Under the pieces are notes generated by a model, which worked only from the letters and a program-made list of their open reading frames with translations, searched no databases and was not told the origin of the DNA. This document shows positions 13,913 to 25,665 of a DNA stretch of 64,000 nucleotides, piece after piece (within the stretch, counting starts at the first letter, position 1; each line of letters begins with the position of its first letter). The position numbers and the translations under genes are program-made. The stretch is from NCBI RefSeq assembly GCF_963921235.1, contig NC_086099.1, positions 26,350,001 through 26,414,000 on the forward strand, in the 5' to 3' direction. Source of the DNA: Mobula hypostoma (lineage: Eukaryota).

Positions 13913-13924
13913 CTTCCCCCCTTT
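13913..13924 (-). other. Polypurine tract
   Basis: AAAGGGGGGAAG immediately precedes the 3' LTR on the minus strand. Confidence 0.85.
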
Positions 13925-14112
13925 AAGGATTTTTACCGGGAGGTAAAAATTACAAACATGACTACATTATCTGATACATACACAATATACATCTTTAACA
14001 GTTATTTAGCTAATACAGAGAATTTGAAGCTGTCAACACCTTGACAGACAGTCATCACATTTTCTGTTCCTTTTACACGTGTTATTAATAATCCCTTAGA
14101 CCAGGCTCCAAC

Positions 14113-16569
14113 TCAGCAAACTTCATAGTGGCCAAAAACACTGATGAATTGCGACCAATGTAACCTCTCATTTGGTTTTTGTCCCGGACCACACCAACAA
14201 GGGTCGTCCCATTCCGACTCAATTTTCTCTCGCAAGGGCTTAGTAGGAGGGGGACGGGTATTGACCGCAGAGTTATTGCAAAACTTCCTGCAGTACCCCA
14301 CCATCTCCAAGAGCCTTCTGAGGGCCCTCTTGTCTGTCGGGGTTGGGAGGTCAGCGATAGCCTGCACTGTAGCTTGAATCACTGCCAGCTGCCCCTGTGT
14401 CACCACAATTCCCAGGTAAGTGACCCTCGTGTGGCCGAATTCATTTTTTTCAAGGTTCACTATCAAACTGGCTTCAGACAGCCGTATTAAATTGCCAATA
14501 CACACCTCTGTGTTCATCAGCCCTTTAGTCACTGAATTACTCGAAAAATATGGGTGTTGTTTACTTGGCTGCCCTATTGTAACCACAATCACCCAACGTC
14601 CCAGTTCTTTGCATTTCCTCGGGACAATCAAACACATAGGTGCGAGTCGTTTAATTACTCCTTCTAAAGATTCGCTTTGTTTGGGGATTAAAGGAGAGAC
14701 CTTATCAGTAGACCTGGCCAAAACAATAGCCTTCTCCCATCTGACCAATCCCATCCTAATCTTTTCAAAATGGTTTTTTTCTCTTATCAAGGGGCCCCTA
14801 GCTTCATTGATTTCCACGCTAACACCGACTAGGTTTGTTAGCATATCAAAAGCCGGTGACCGTCTCAGTTCGCGTCGGTCATGATCAATAACATTTTTCC
14901 CCCTGGGCAGCCGGTAACTCTCTTTCATGATTCCACCAACTGTTTCCTCCAGCACCGCAAAATGTCCACCGGTGGGTACCTCGTGGGCCATGTTAAAAAC
15001 CTCATCCCCATAACTCTTTTGCACCACCCCCCATTCCTCATCTGCGGGTACTGTACTTGATTTCCCTTTCTTCCTTAGCACTTCCTCATCCGCACAATAG
15101 CCTACTAGTTCCCTTGTCAAGGCTGTGTCAGAGAGAGCTGTCTCTGCAAAACCCATCAGCCCCTCGCCTCGCTCCTGCGTCTGCACAAATTCTTTCCTGG
15201 CTACTGCTACGTCCGTCCCAGCTCCCTCACTACCTCTTATCTCACTACACCCTGTCTCATACAAGGTTGGCAGAAATGTTTCAGCCAAATTCACCATCGC
15301 GGGCGGGGCCTCCATGCTGGCAGGCTGACCCGTCAATCTCACGACTGGGAACACGATTCCTCCGGCGATGTCATTACCGAGCAAGACTTCCACGTCTTTC
15401 ATCGGTAATTCGGACCTCACCCCGATCGTGACTAGTCCAGAGACCAGGTTGCTCTGTAAATGTATCTGGTGCAAAGGGACTGACTCTGTCCCTTCCCCAA
15501 CACCTTTGACCTCTACCTCCCCAGTCTGGGTCTCTGAGCTAAATTCTAATACACTCTTCAGTATTAGTGACTGACACGCTCCCGTGTCTCTCCAGATCCG
15601 CACTGGAACTGGTTTTAACCCCTCCTTCACTGACACCAATCCGGCCGAGATAAACCTCTCGCGCCCTTCCTGGACTTTTTCAGACCTGTCCTTCCCTAGC
15701 GGTTCGCTTAACAGCTCAATACAGCCATTCAAAATTTCCGCTTTTCCTTTCCCCGTCTCCTTCCTTGGGGCAAAGCACCTGGACGCAAAGTGTCCGGCTT
15801 TCCCACAATTATAACAGACGACCCCAGGAGACTTCCTACCAGGCTGCTCCCGGTCTACCTTATCCTTTTCACTAGTCCCCGGCTTACTTTCTGACTTTTC
15901 CGGCGGACTCTCCCCGCCGTCCTGACTACCCTTCTGGTAGCCTTTACTCGGGGCAACCTTCATTTTATGCGTCAACGCATACTCATCCGCTAACTTAGCA
16001 GTTGCGGCTAACGTGGCTGCCTCTTTCTCATCGAGGTAGGGTCTCATACCCTCAGGGACACAACCTTTAAACTGCTCAATCAGAATCAGCTGCAGCAGTC
16101 TGTCATAATCCCCCTCTACCCCCTTCGAGGCGCACCAACGCTCACAATATGTTTGCATCTCACGGGCAAACTCCAAATACGTGCGGTCCCACTGCTTCCT
16201 CGCATTCCGGAACCTCTGCCGGTATGCCTCCGGGACCAACTCATAAATCCTGAGGATGGCCTCCTTCACCACCTCATACTTCTGGGCATCTTCCGCGGAT
16301 AAAGCGGAGTAAGCTTGTTGGGCCTTCCCTTTCAGTACACTCTGAAGTAAGACAACCCACTTATCCCTCGGCCATTCCTGACTTATAGCCACCTTTTCGA
16401 AGTGGAGAAAGTACCGATCCACGTCGGTATCGTCAAAAGGGGGAACCAGCCTTACCTCCTGGGTCGCCCGGAACCCTCCACCTTGGTTCGGCACGAGCCC
16501 CTGCTCGGCCCTTATCTTTAACTTCTCCAGCTCAAATTCCCTTTCCCTCTGTTTCTCCTCTCTCTCCAA
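14113..16569 (-). CDS. Gag (SCAN-like capsid, CCHC zinc knuckle) + aspartic protease + deleted integrase/RT remnants
   Basis: LVPPFDDTDVDRYFLHFEKVA...YELVPEAYRQRFR...LILIEQF (capsid/SCAN-like), CYNCGKAGHFASRC, RDTGACQSL...LLGNDI (protease), AHEVPTGGH (integrase Zn-finger His pair), PSKQHPY and LIVNLEKNEF...VTYLG...PTPTDKRALRRLLEMVGYCRKF (RT ends). No YxDD motif. Confidence 0.85.
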   Translation of the reverse strand: MEREEKQREREFELEKLKIRAEQGLVPNQGGGFRATQEVRLVPPFDDTDVDRYFLHFEKVAISQEWPRDKWVVLLQSVLKGKAQQAYSALSAEDAQKYEVVKEAILRIYELVPEAYRQRFRNARKQWDRTYLEFAREMQTYCERWCASKGVEGDYDRLLQLILIEQFKGCVPEGMRPYLDEKEAATLAATAKLADEYALTHKMKVAPSKGYQKGSQDGGESPPEKSESKPGTSEKDKVDREQPGRKSPGVVCYNCGKAGHFASRCFAPRKETGKGKAEILNGCIELLSEPLGKDRSEKVQEGRERFISAGLVSVKEGLKPVPVRIWRDTGACQSLILKSVLEFSSETQTGEVEVKGVGEGTESVPLHQIHLQSNLVSGLVTIGVRSELPMKDVEVLLGNDIAGGIVFPVVRLTGQPASMEAPPAMVNLAETFLPTLYETGCSEIRGSEGAGTDVAVARKEFVQTQERGEGLMGFAETALSDTALTRELVGYCADEEVLRKKGKSSTVPADEEWGVVQKSYGDEVFNMAHEVPTGGHFAVLEETVGGIMKESYRLPRGKNVIDHDRRELRRSPAFDMLTNLVGVSVEINEARGPLIREKNHFEKIRMGLVRWEKAIVLARSTDKVSPLIPKQSESLEGVIKRLAPMCLIVPRKCKELGRWVIVVTIGQPSKQHPYFSSNSVTKGLMNTEVCIGNLIRLSEASLIVNLEKNEFGHTRVTYLGIVVTQGQLAVIQATVQAIADLPTPTDKRALRRLLEMVGYCRKFCNNSAVNTRPPPTKPLREKIESEWDDPCWCGPGQKPNERLHWSQFISVFGHYEVC

Positions 16570-16912
16570 CTGTCTGTCCCTCTCTCTCTCTCTCTTGCCT
16601 TTCTAACTCTCTCTCTTTCTCTTCGTGTTCTAACTGCCGTACCCGGAACTCGTGCTCGAGTCTCAGTTTTTCAAGCTGTACCTGTACCGCGTCTCCAGCA
16701 GGTTTTTCAATAGACACCTCCCCCAGCTCACCTTGGGGAAACACACCTTTAGATACATAGTGCTCTACAATAGCTCTGTGTATCTCCTCTCTCCTCATTG
16801 TCGACTTCACCTTAGCAAGATTCACCCGTTTGGCCACAGCTATCAATTCCGATTTCCTGGCATCCTCTAATGCCTCCAAGGTCGGCGCCTTTATAAATTC
16901 CTCAACCTCCAT
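16532..16912 (-). CDS. Gag N-terminal part, frameshifted from the downstream ORF in a (GA)n tract
   Basis: ATG about 75 nt after the PBS; MEVEEFIKAPTLEALEDARKSELIAVAKRVNL followed by an E/R-rich coiled coil; overlaps the next ORF. Confidence 0.75.
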   Translation of the reverse strand: MEVEEFIKAPTLEALEDARKSELIAVAKRVNLAKVKSTMRREEIHRAIVEHYVSKGVFPQGELGEVSIEKPAGDAVQVQLEKLRLEHEFRVRQLEHEEKERELERQEREREGQTVGERGETEGKGI

Positions 16913-16987
16913 TTCTGCTGTTTGTCTTTTCTTTCTTTCGGGAATTTTAACCCAATCAATTACTCCGTCCCAAATTTAGCGTTCAAA

Positions 16988-17006
16988 ATCGCGGACGAGA
17001 ACCCCA
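16988..17006 (-). other. Primer-binding site, degenerate tRNA-Pro type
   Basis: TGGGGTTCTCGTCCGCGAT lies 4 nt inside the 5' LTR and resembles the tRNA-Pro PBS TGGGGGCTCGTCCGGGAT. Confidence 0.7.
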
Positions 17007-17010
17007 CTTA

Positions 17011-17861
17011 TGTTACGTACCCCATAACTGGGTTGCCAAACCAGCAGAAATGGATCACTCAGTTGGAGTCTGGAGTACTAGAACTAAGAAAGTTTTATTA
17101 AAGAAACAAGCAACACAGTAATCGAAAGGATAATAAATGCAACAGTTCAGTGATGATAAACACACATGTGCACAGAAGTAAGATAACAGCATCAGTCAAG
17201 CTCTATCGTTGTCTAGGGGTAAATGACCAATTTCAAAATGACTCAAAGTTCAGTCCAGTTAGTAGTTCGCAGTAATCGTTGCCATGGCGATGGGCAACGT
17301 GGGGGGAGAGAGAGATAGAATAGGAACAACTGATCATTCAGAACACTGCTTCACTCACAGACCAGCGAGATGGCTCACAAACAGCTTTTGGGCGGGTCCT
17401 TGGTGATGTCACCTGAGGTCACCGACTGTGACCCCTCCTCCAGATGCGGTCGATCCTCTGCAGTGAACCCGGCACCCAGGCAAGGGCGGACACACACCGG
17501 GTTCCCGCTGATCGTACCTTTCCACCCTTGTCGTTGTCTGGCACTTCTCACCCACTCGTGAGAGGCGCACCGCTTCCAGGGTCTCGTTACCTCGGGTGGC
17601 GTGTGTCCCTGTCTTAGCGAACCTGTCCCTTTTTATCCCCCTGCTGGGGTATCGCCTGTCCATCACTTCAAACAGTTCAGGGTTCAAAGGGGAGGAGCCG
17701 CTCCAGACGGCTCTCTCTCCCACATCCCTTCATTACACATCTCCAGACGCTGCTCCATTGTTCCTTATCTCTCCTTCCCCTGAGGGCAGGTGGCAGACCA
17801 ACTGCTGATGCCACTGATGCTGGCCAGCAAACATCTTAATTTTATGTGTATTCTCGTAACA
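17011..17861 (-). repeat. 5' LTR (851 bp)
   Basis: Direct repeat of 13062-13912; followed on the minus strand by the PBS. Confidence 0.96.
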
Positions 17862-20199
17862 TACTTCTTCCTCTTTGGGATATACACATACTGTGCCATC
17901 CGAATTGCTTCCGGATATTACAGACATTGCTGCTCTGCTGTCAACCCTGCCAGTGTTCTTTACCAAACAACTCTGGCCAACTCCTCTCTCATGGTTCTAA
18001 TTCCCTTACTCCACTATAATACTGATACGTCTGGCTTTACCTTCTCCTTCTCAAATTTCAGGGTGAACTCGATCATATTACAATCACTTTCCCCTAAGGG
18101 TTCTTTTACCTTAAGCTCTCTAATCAATCCAGAATAGCTGGTCCACTAGTGGGCTCAACCACGAGCTGTTCTAAAAAGCCATCTCGTAGGCACTCTAGAA
18201 ATTATCCATCCTGTAATCTAGCACCAACCTGATTTTCCCTATCTACCTGCATATTGAAATCCCGCCACGACTATTGCAACATTGCCCTTTTGGCATGCAT
18301 TTTTAATCTCCTGTTATCATTTGTGGGCTACATCCTTACTACCGTTTTGGGATCTGGATACAACTCCCATCATAGTTTTTACCCTTACAATTCCTTAGCT
18401 CTATCCACAATAATTCAACACCGTCCGACCACATGTCACCTCTTTCTAATGATTTGATTTAATTTTTTAAACAACAGAGCAATACCGCCCCCTCTGCCTT
18501 CCTGCCTATGCTTTCGATGCAATGTGTCTCCTTGGACATTAAGCTCCCAGCTATAGTCTTTCAGCCATAATTCAGTAGTGCCTACATCATACCTTCCAAT
18601 CTGCAACTGCGCTGCAAATTCATTTACCTTATTCCATATACTGTGTGCATTCAGATATTGTATTCAGTCCTGTATTCACCCTTTTCAATTTTGTCTGCCT
18701 TTTAAGTTGCAACTCAAACTGCAATTTTGCTGTATCCACAGCCATTCCTCTATAGATTGTCTCTGTTTGCAAACTTGCTACCTCATCTTCAGCGCTATTA
18801 CCCGCCTTTCCTAAGATACTTCCTACAGCTCAGGACACTAGTCGCACCATGCTCAACCTCTTGGTTCCTGACTTAGTCTGAGGTCTTAACAACACCTGCC
18901 ACCACAGCCTCTCCTCCAACTGTTCTGCTTCCCATCCCCCTGCAACTCTAGTTTAAATCCCACCCTGCAACATTAACAAACACTCCCGCTATGATATTAG
19001 CTCCCCTCCAATTTATGTGCAAATCATCCTTTCTGTACAGGTCCCACCTTTCCTGGAAGAAAGCCCAATGATCCAAAAATCTTATGCCTTCCCTCCTGCA
19101 CTAACTCCTTAGCCACGTATTAAACTGCATAATCTTCCCAGTTCTGGCCTCACTAGCACATGGCATGGGTAGCAATCCTGAGATCACAACACTGGAGGTC
19201 CTGCCTTTTAACATAGCACCTAACTCCCCAAACAGAACCTCACCCACTCGACCTACCCATCTCATTGGTACTTACATGGACCATGACTTCTGGCTATTTA
19301 CTCTCTCATTTAAGAATGCTGAAGACTTGATCCGAGATATCCCTGACACCCAGGAGGTAATATACCATCCAGGAATCTCGTTGTCGCCCACAGAACCTCC
19401 TGTCCATTCCCCTAACTAATAAATCCCCTATCACCACAGCACGCCTCTTCTGCATCCTTTTTTGCCGAGTCACAGAGGCAAACCCAGTGCCAGAGACAAA
19501 ACCACTGTGACTTTCCTCTGTTAGATCATTCCTCACTGCCCCCCCCCCACCCACAGCATCCGAAGTGATACACCTGTTGTTGAGTGAGATGGCCACAACA
19601 GTATTCTACACTGGATCCTTAACCCCTTTCCTCTTCCTGACTGTCATCCAGTTTCCTGTGTCCTGCACCAAAGGTGAACTACCTCTCCTTATGTTTTATC
19701 TGTCAGCCCTTTAGCCTCCCAAATGACCCAGAGTTCATCCAGTTCCAGCTCCAACTCCTTAATGTGGATTTTTAGGAGCTGCAGCTGGATGCACTTCTTG
19801 CAGTTGTAGTCATCAGGGACACTGGAGGTCTCCCTGCCTTCCTGCATCCCACAAACTATCCTGCCTGGCATGTCAACTGACCTAACTGAGTAGATATAAA
19901 GAAGAGAAGGAAAAAAAAACTTGGTTTTCTTCCTCTGAGTGAAGCCTCGAAGAGCTAAGGCCTTAAGATCACCACTCTGACATGCCTACTCTGGTGATGG
20001 CCACTGTGCTTGCCCCTGCCTTCCTTAATTTGCTCTTGCGAATCAATCCCAAACGCTGACTGGCTGCTGGTCAAAACTCTATTATGCTGCAGTGACCTAC
20101 TCCTGCCTTTTAGCCTCGGGCAGCAGACCTGACTGGAGTCTGCTCCTCTCCAAACTTCCGATGTCCGGACTGGTTGCTGATCAAAGCTCTAGCCTACAG

Positions 20200-20513
20200 A
20201 ACTGCCACTCACTGGATGTTTTTTGTTTACCTCACCATTCCATAAAACCTATAGAGACTGTTGTGTGAAAATCTCAGGAGATTAGCTCTTTCGGAGATAT
20301 TCAAAACACTGTGTCTGGCACCAACAATCATTTCACAATCAAATTCACTTAGATCATATTTCTACACCATTCTGATGTTTGGTCAGAACAACAACTGAAC
20401 CTCTTGACATTGTCTGCATTCTTTATGTATTGAATTGCTGCCACATAATTGGCTGATTAGATATTTGCATTAATGAGGTTTGTAGCTGTACCAAATAAAG
20501 TGGCTACTAAGTG
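20200..20513 (-). mobile_element. Tc1/mariner-family non-autonomous element end
   Basis: Terminal CACTTAGTAGCCACTTTATTTGGTAC on the minus strand resembles the common fish Tc1 TIR CACTCAGTGGCCACTTTATTAGGTAC. Confidence 0.55.
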
Positions 20514-23177
20514 CATACTAACTACTAGACACATTCTTAAATCTTTGCTGGATCAGTATCCTGTTCTCGCTTGCTCAATGTCATCATGGGAGCTTCCTGG
20601 GCAGTCTGACTGTAGTGCTCCAGGGACAAGATCTCCCAAACCTTAGCAGGTCAGGTGCAGACAGCCCATGTCCACTGGGCACAAGAAGAGGTGGTTGTAG
20701 AGTTTATGGCATGGTGAAGATCATGTCTATGGTACCTCTAGACAGATTCAGGAAGCAGCACTTTGCTCATTGTATGGAGAGGATCTGAGGGTGGATTTGG
20801 ACAAAGAACGGGAAAAAAATCATTGAAATTACTAATTAGTTTAGCACACATTGTGGACCAAATAGCGTGTTGTTGTGCTGTATGAGTCTTCCTGTTGTCT
20901 GCTACAAGGGAAGAACCACTTCTGATTTGGAGGTTGTCTCTCCCCATGGCAGACAGCACAAATTACAGTGAGGTAATCACCATCAATTAGATCAATTTTT
21001 TAAAATGCTTTTTTGTAATTTGCACATCACTGGCAGGGCCACCAATTATTGTCCAAATTGTCCCTGAGGTGGCAATGAAAAGATTTTTTAAAAATAGCTT
21101 TATTTGCCACATGTTCATAAAACATCGAAACATACAGTGAAATGCATTGTGTCAACAACCAACATACTCCGAGGAGCAGCCTATCACGACAGTTCTGGTA
21201 CTGACATGGCATGCCCCTAACTTACATCTTTGGAACGTGGGAGGAAACTGAAGCACGGGAAGAAACCCCTGCAGTCGTGGGAGAACGTAGAAACTCCTTA
21301 AAGACTGCAGCGGGAATCAAACTCCTTTTGCTGGTACTATAAAGCTCTACATTACCTGACACCAAAGAGCTGCTTTCTTAGCCCTTAAGACATAGGAATA
21401 CAATTAGGCCATTTGGTCCATTGAGCCTACTCTACCAATCAATGGTGGCTATTTATTTACCTCTCAATCGCATTATCCTCCCTTCTCTCCATAATCTTTG
21501 ACACACTTACTAATCAAGAACTTATCAACCTCCACTTTAAATATACCCAATAATTTGATCTCCATAGTCATCTGTGGCAATAGATTCCACAAGCTCACCA
21601 TCTTCTGGCTTAGGAAATTAACACTTTGTCTCTGTTTCAAAGGGACATCCTTCTATTGTGAGATGATGTTCTCTGGTCCCAGACTCACCCAATTGGAAAC
21701 ATTCTCTCCACATCCACTCTTTCAATATTCAGTAGGTTTCAATGAGATTGCACCTCTCATTATCCTAAACTCTGATGAATACAGGCCAAGAATCATCAAG
21801 TGCTCCTCAAGCATTCCCAGATCATTCTCATAAGCCTCCTCTGGACCCTCTCCAATGGAAGCACATCCTTTCTCAGAAATGGAGCCCAAAACTGCTCACA
21901 ATATCCCAAGTGCAGTGTGGTCAGGCCATTGCCTTGAATTACTCTGGGCCTTCAGCTGAATATATGCCAGACTGCTGCTATGTAGGGAATTCCAACATTT
22001 AGAACCAGTGCTGATGAAACAACAACTACAAACTTCCAAGTCAGGGTGGTGCATGAGTTGGAGGGGAAGCTGCAAGTGGTATTGCTTCTGTGCACCTGAT
22101 GCCCTGAACCTTTTTGGTGGCAGAGATCAGAGATTTGGGAGGTACTGTCAAAATAACCAGGGTTGTAACTGTGATAATATTTCATAGATGGCACAGGTTG
22201 CCAGTGGTGAAGGGAGATGACAGTGAGAGTTAATAGGCTGCTTTTGTCTTGGATGGAGTTATTTTATATTACTGTCGGATTTGTGCTTATTCAGACAAAA
22301 AGTCAATATTCCTTCCCACTTCTTGCAGATGGTACAAAGAGAATAACTTGCCATAGCATAGTCAGCCTCTGAACTGCTCCAGAGGCCGTGATATTTCCAG
22401 GACTGGTCCAGTATTTTAAAAAAATTTTTCTAGTTGAATTTATTGTCAGTAGTGACCCCTCAGCACATAGATGCGTAATGACTCTGATGAAAACATCAGG
22501 CATAGGTGCGAGACTCTCCCTTCTTGCTAATGGTCATTGCTTGGTAGATGTGCAGCACCAATGTTCTTGCCCCTTACAAGCCATGTCGGAATGTCGTGGA
22601 GAACTTTTTGTACGTGGACGTAATTTATTTTTCCATTTGCTGTGGTGTTTAACATAGTCAAGTCTCTGGCACCCCTGGGTTCTTAGGTATGTCTCGCTCT
22701 TCCTATATCACAAAGATATAAGAAGTGCTTTTTGAAAAAAATCATGAGAATTTCCACACAGACGCCATCGTTAAAATCGGCACATAATTGCTTTTGAGTA
22801 CAAAATCAAATGCCTCTCCATTTTCCATACTGTACTTCAAAAAGAAATGGGAGAATGAAAAACTAAAGAAGACAGGAAAAAGGGCAAAGAACCTACTGAA
22901 AGATGGATAATTATTTTTCTTTCACATAGTCTACACCTTTGGAATCATAGTCATAGAAAAGTACAGTCCATCTGATCCATGCTGAAACTATTCAAACTGC
23001 CTACTCCCATTGACTTGCACCACGATCATAACCCTCCATACCTGTACCATCCATGTACCTATCCAATCTTCGCTTAAACATTGAAATCGAGCTTGCATGC
23101 ACCGCGTGCTGGCAACTCATTCCACACTCTCACAACCCTCTGAGTGAAGAAGTTTCCCCTCACATTCCCCTTAAACT

Positions 23178-23300
23178 GAGTCCTGCCAAATGGTTTCAGC
23201 CTGAAACGTCGACTGTACTTTTTTCCACAGATACTGCCTGGCCTACAGAGTTCCTCCAGCATTTGCTCAGATTTCCACATCCGCAGATTTTCTGTTGTTT
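23178..23300 (+). mobile_element. Penelope terminal-repeat insert with mutated hammerhead core
   Basis: AGTC-CTGCCAA-...-GAAAC-GTC-GACT; TSD CC(C/A)CTTAAACT (23167-23177 and 23301-23311). Confidence 0.75.
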
Positions 23301-24256
23301 CCACTTAAACTTTTCACCTTTCACCATAAACGCATAACCTCTGGCTGTAGTCCCACCCAACATCAGTGGAAAGCGCCTGCTTTCAGATACCCTATCTATA
23401 CCCCTCATAATTTTGTATAACTATCAAATCTCCTCTCAGTCTTCTACGTCCTAAGGAATAAAGTCCTAACTGATTCAATCTTTCCTTATAACTCAGGTCC
23501 TCCAGATCCAGCAACATGCCTGTAATTTTCTCTGTACTCTTTCAACCTTATTTACATCCTTCCTGTAGGTACTTGAACAAAACTGCACACAATACTCCAA
23601 ATTAGGCCTTACCAATATCTTGTACAACTTCAACATAACTTCATCCCATCTTCTGTTCTCAATACTATGAAGATATGAAGATCAATGTGCCAAAAACTTT
23701 CTTCATAATCCTACCTACCAATGATGCCACTTTCAATGAATTACGGACCTGTATTTCCAGATCCCTTGTTTAATAACACTCCTCAGTGCCCTACGGTTGA
23801 CTTTGTAAGACCCACCCTGGTTGGTCCTATTGAAGTGTAACACCTCACATTTGTCTGCATTAAATTCCATCTGCCACTTTTTCAGTCCATTTTCCCAGCT
23901 GATCCAGATTCCTCTGCAAGCTATAATAGCCTTCCTCACCGTCCACTACATCCCCAATCTTTGTGTCATCTGTAAACGTGCTGATCTAGTTAACCACATT
24001 ATCATTCACATTGTTGATATAGATGGCAAACAGCAATGGACCCAGCACCGATCCCTGCAGCACTCCACGACTCACAGGCCTCCAGTCAGTGAGGCAACCA
24101 TCTACTACCACTCTCTAGCTTCTCTCTCAAAGCCAAAGTCTAATCCAGTTTACTATCTTATCTTGAATGCTGAGCGACTGGATCTTCTTGACCAACCTCC
24201 CATGCAGGACCCTATCAAATGCCTTGCTGAAGTCTGTGCAGACAACATTCACTTCA

Positions 24257-24458
24257 CACATCAAAGGTGCTGGTGAACGCAGTAGGCCAGGCAGCATCTC
24301 TAGGAAGAGGTAGTCGACATTTCAGGCCGAGACCTTTCGTCAGGACGAAGGGTCTCGGCCTGAAACGTCGACTGTAACGCATGCCTGGCCTGCTGCGTTC
24401 ACCAGCAACTTTGATATGTGTTGCTTGAATTTCCAGCATCTGTAGAATTCCTCGTGTT
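24257..24458. mobile_element. Fold-back (inverted-dimer) Penelope terminal-repeat insert with hammerhead motifs
   Basis: Arms 24257-~24345 and ~24345-24420 are reverse complements; 13-bp TSD AACATTCACTTCA (24244-24256 and 24459-24471). Confidence 0.85.
24312..24346 (-). ncRNA. Hammerhead motif, near intact
   Basis: GUC-CUGACGA-AAGGUCUCGGCCU-GAAAU-GUC^GACU; one change in stem III (C to U). Confidence 0.55.
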
Positions 24459-25665
24459 AACATTCACTTCATCTTTTTTCCTGGTAACTTACTCAAAAAA
24501 AAAACTCTGAGATCAGTTAGACATGACCTACCATGCACGAAGCCATGCTGACTATCCTTAATCAGTCCATGAATATCCAAATACTTACATATCCGATCCC
24601 TTAACTTTCCCACTACTGATGTCAGACTCTACAGGCCTATAATTTCCTGGTTTATGTTTACAGCCTTTCTTAATCAGTGGAATAACATTATCCATCCTCC
24701 AATCTTCTGGTACTTCTCCCATTGCTAAGAAAGATTAATTATCTCTGCTAAGGACTCCGCCTACGGTCAGGTCCGAGGGACCACCTTGTCAGCCTCTGGA
24801 GATTTAGCCACCCTGATTTGCCTCAGGACTGCAAACACCTCCTCCTCTGTAATCTGTAAGGGGTCTATGAAGTTGATGCTGCCTTGCCACACTTCTATAA
24901 ACTTTGTGAGTAAATAAAGATGCAAAAAAAAATTAAAAGACCTCCCCCATCTGTTTTGGCTCTACACATGGATGCCAATTTTGATCTTCCAGAGCACCAA
25001 TATTGTCCCTTACAATCCTTTTGCTCTTAACATATCTGTAGAATCCCTTAGGATTCTCTTTCACCTTGTCTGCAGGGGCAACTTCATGCCTTCTTTGAGC
25101 TCTTCTGATTTCTTTTTTAAGTGTTCTCTTGCACTTCCTGTACTCCATAAGCATCTCATTTGTTCCTATCTGCCTATGGCACTTTTTTTTTCTTAGCCAG
25201 GGTCTTAATCTCCCTTGAAAACCAAGGTTCCCTACACTTATTATTGTTACTTTTTAATCTGACTGGCTTTGTACTCTCAAAATTTCACTTTTGAAGGCCT
25301 TCCACTTACCAAGTACACCTTTGCCAGAAAACAGCCCCACCTAATCCAGATCATGTCTGACACCATCAAAATTGGCCTATCTCCAATTTAGAATCTCAAC
25401 CCGCAGTCTAGACCTGTTTTTTTTTGCATATTTTGAAACTAATGGCATTATGATCATTGTGATCAAAGTGTTCCCCTACACAAAATTCTTTCATCTGCCC
25501 TGTCTCAGTCCCAAATAGCAAATCAAGTATTGCAAACTCTCTCGTTGGGACTTCTACGTACTGATTAAGGCAACTTTTCTGAACACGTTTGATAAACTCT
25601 ATCCCATTTAGTCCTTTCACAGTGTGGGAGTCCCAGTCAATGTAAGTTAAAATCACCTACTATAA

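Larger units (their letters stand above)
13062..17861 (-). mobile_element. Non-autonomous Ty3/gypsy (Gmr1-like) LTR retrotransposon, recent insertion
   Basis: Two 851-bp TG...CA LTRs, 4-bp TSD TACT (13058-13061 and 17862-17865), PBS, PPT and a gag-protease ORF. Inserted into a CR1 LINE within TRIM intron 1. Confidence 0.95.
11760..20190 (-). mobile_element. Decayed, near full-length CR1/HER1-type LINE, split by the LTR element
   Basis: ORF1 remnants (CGM...PDDYNCKKCIQLQLL zinc finger/leucine zipper at 19689-19871; AVVIGD..VRG esterase at 19306-19596) and ORF2 RT remnants (DWKIANVSPLFKKG...GNYRPV...YLDFQKAFD at 12152-12730). Boundaries approximate. Confidence 0.85.
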
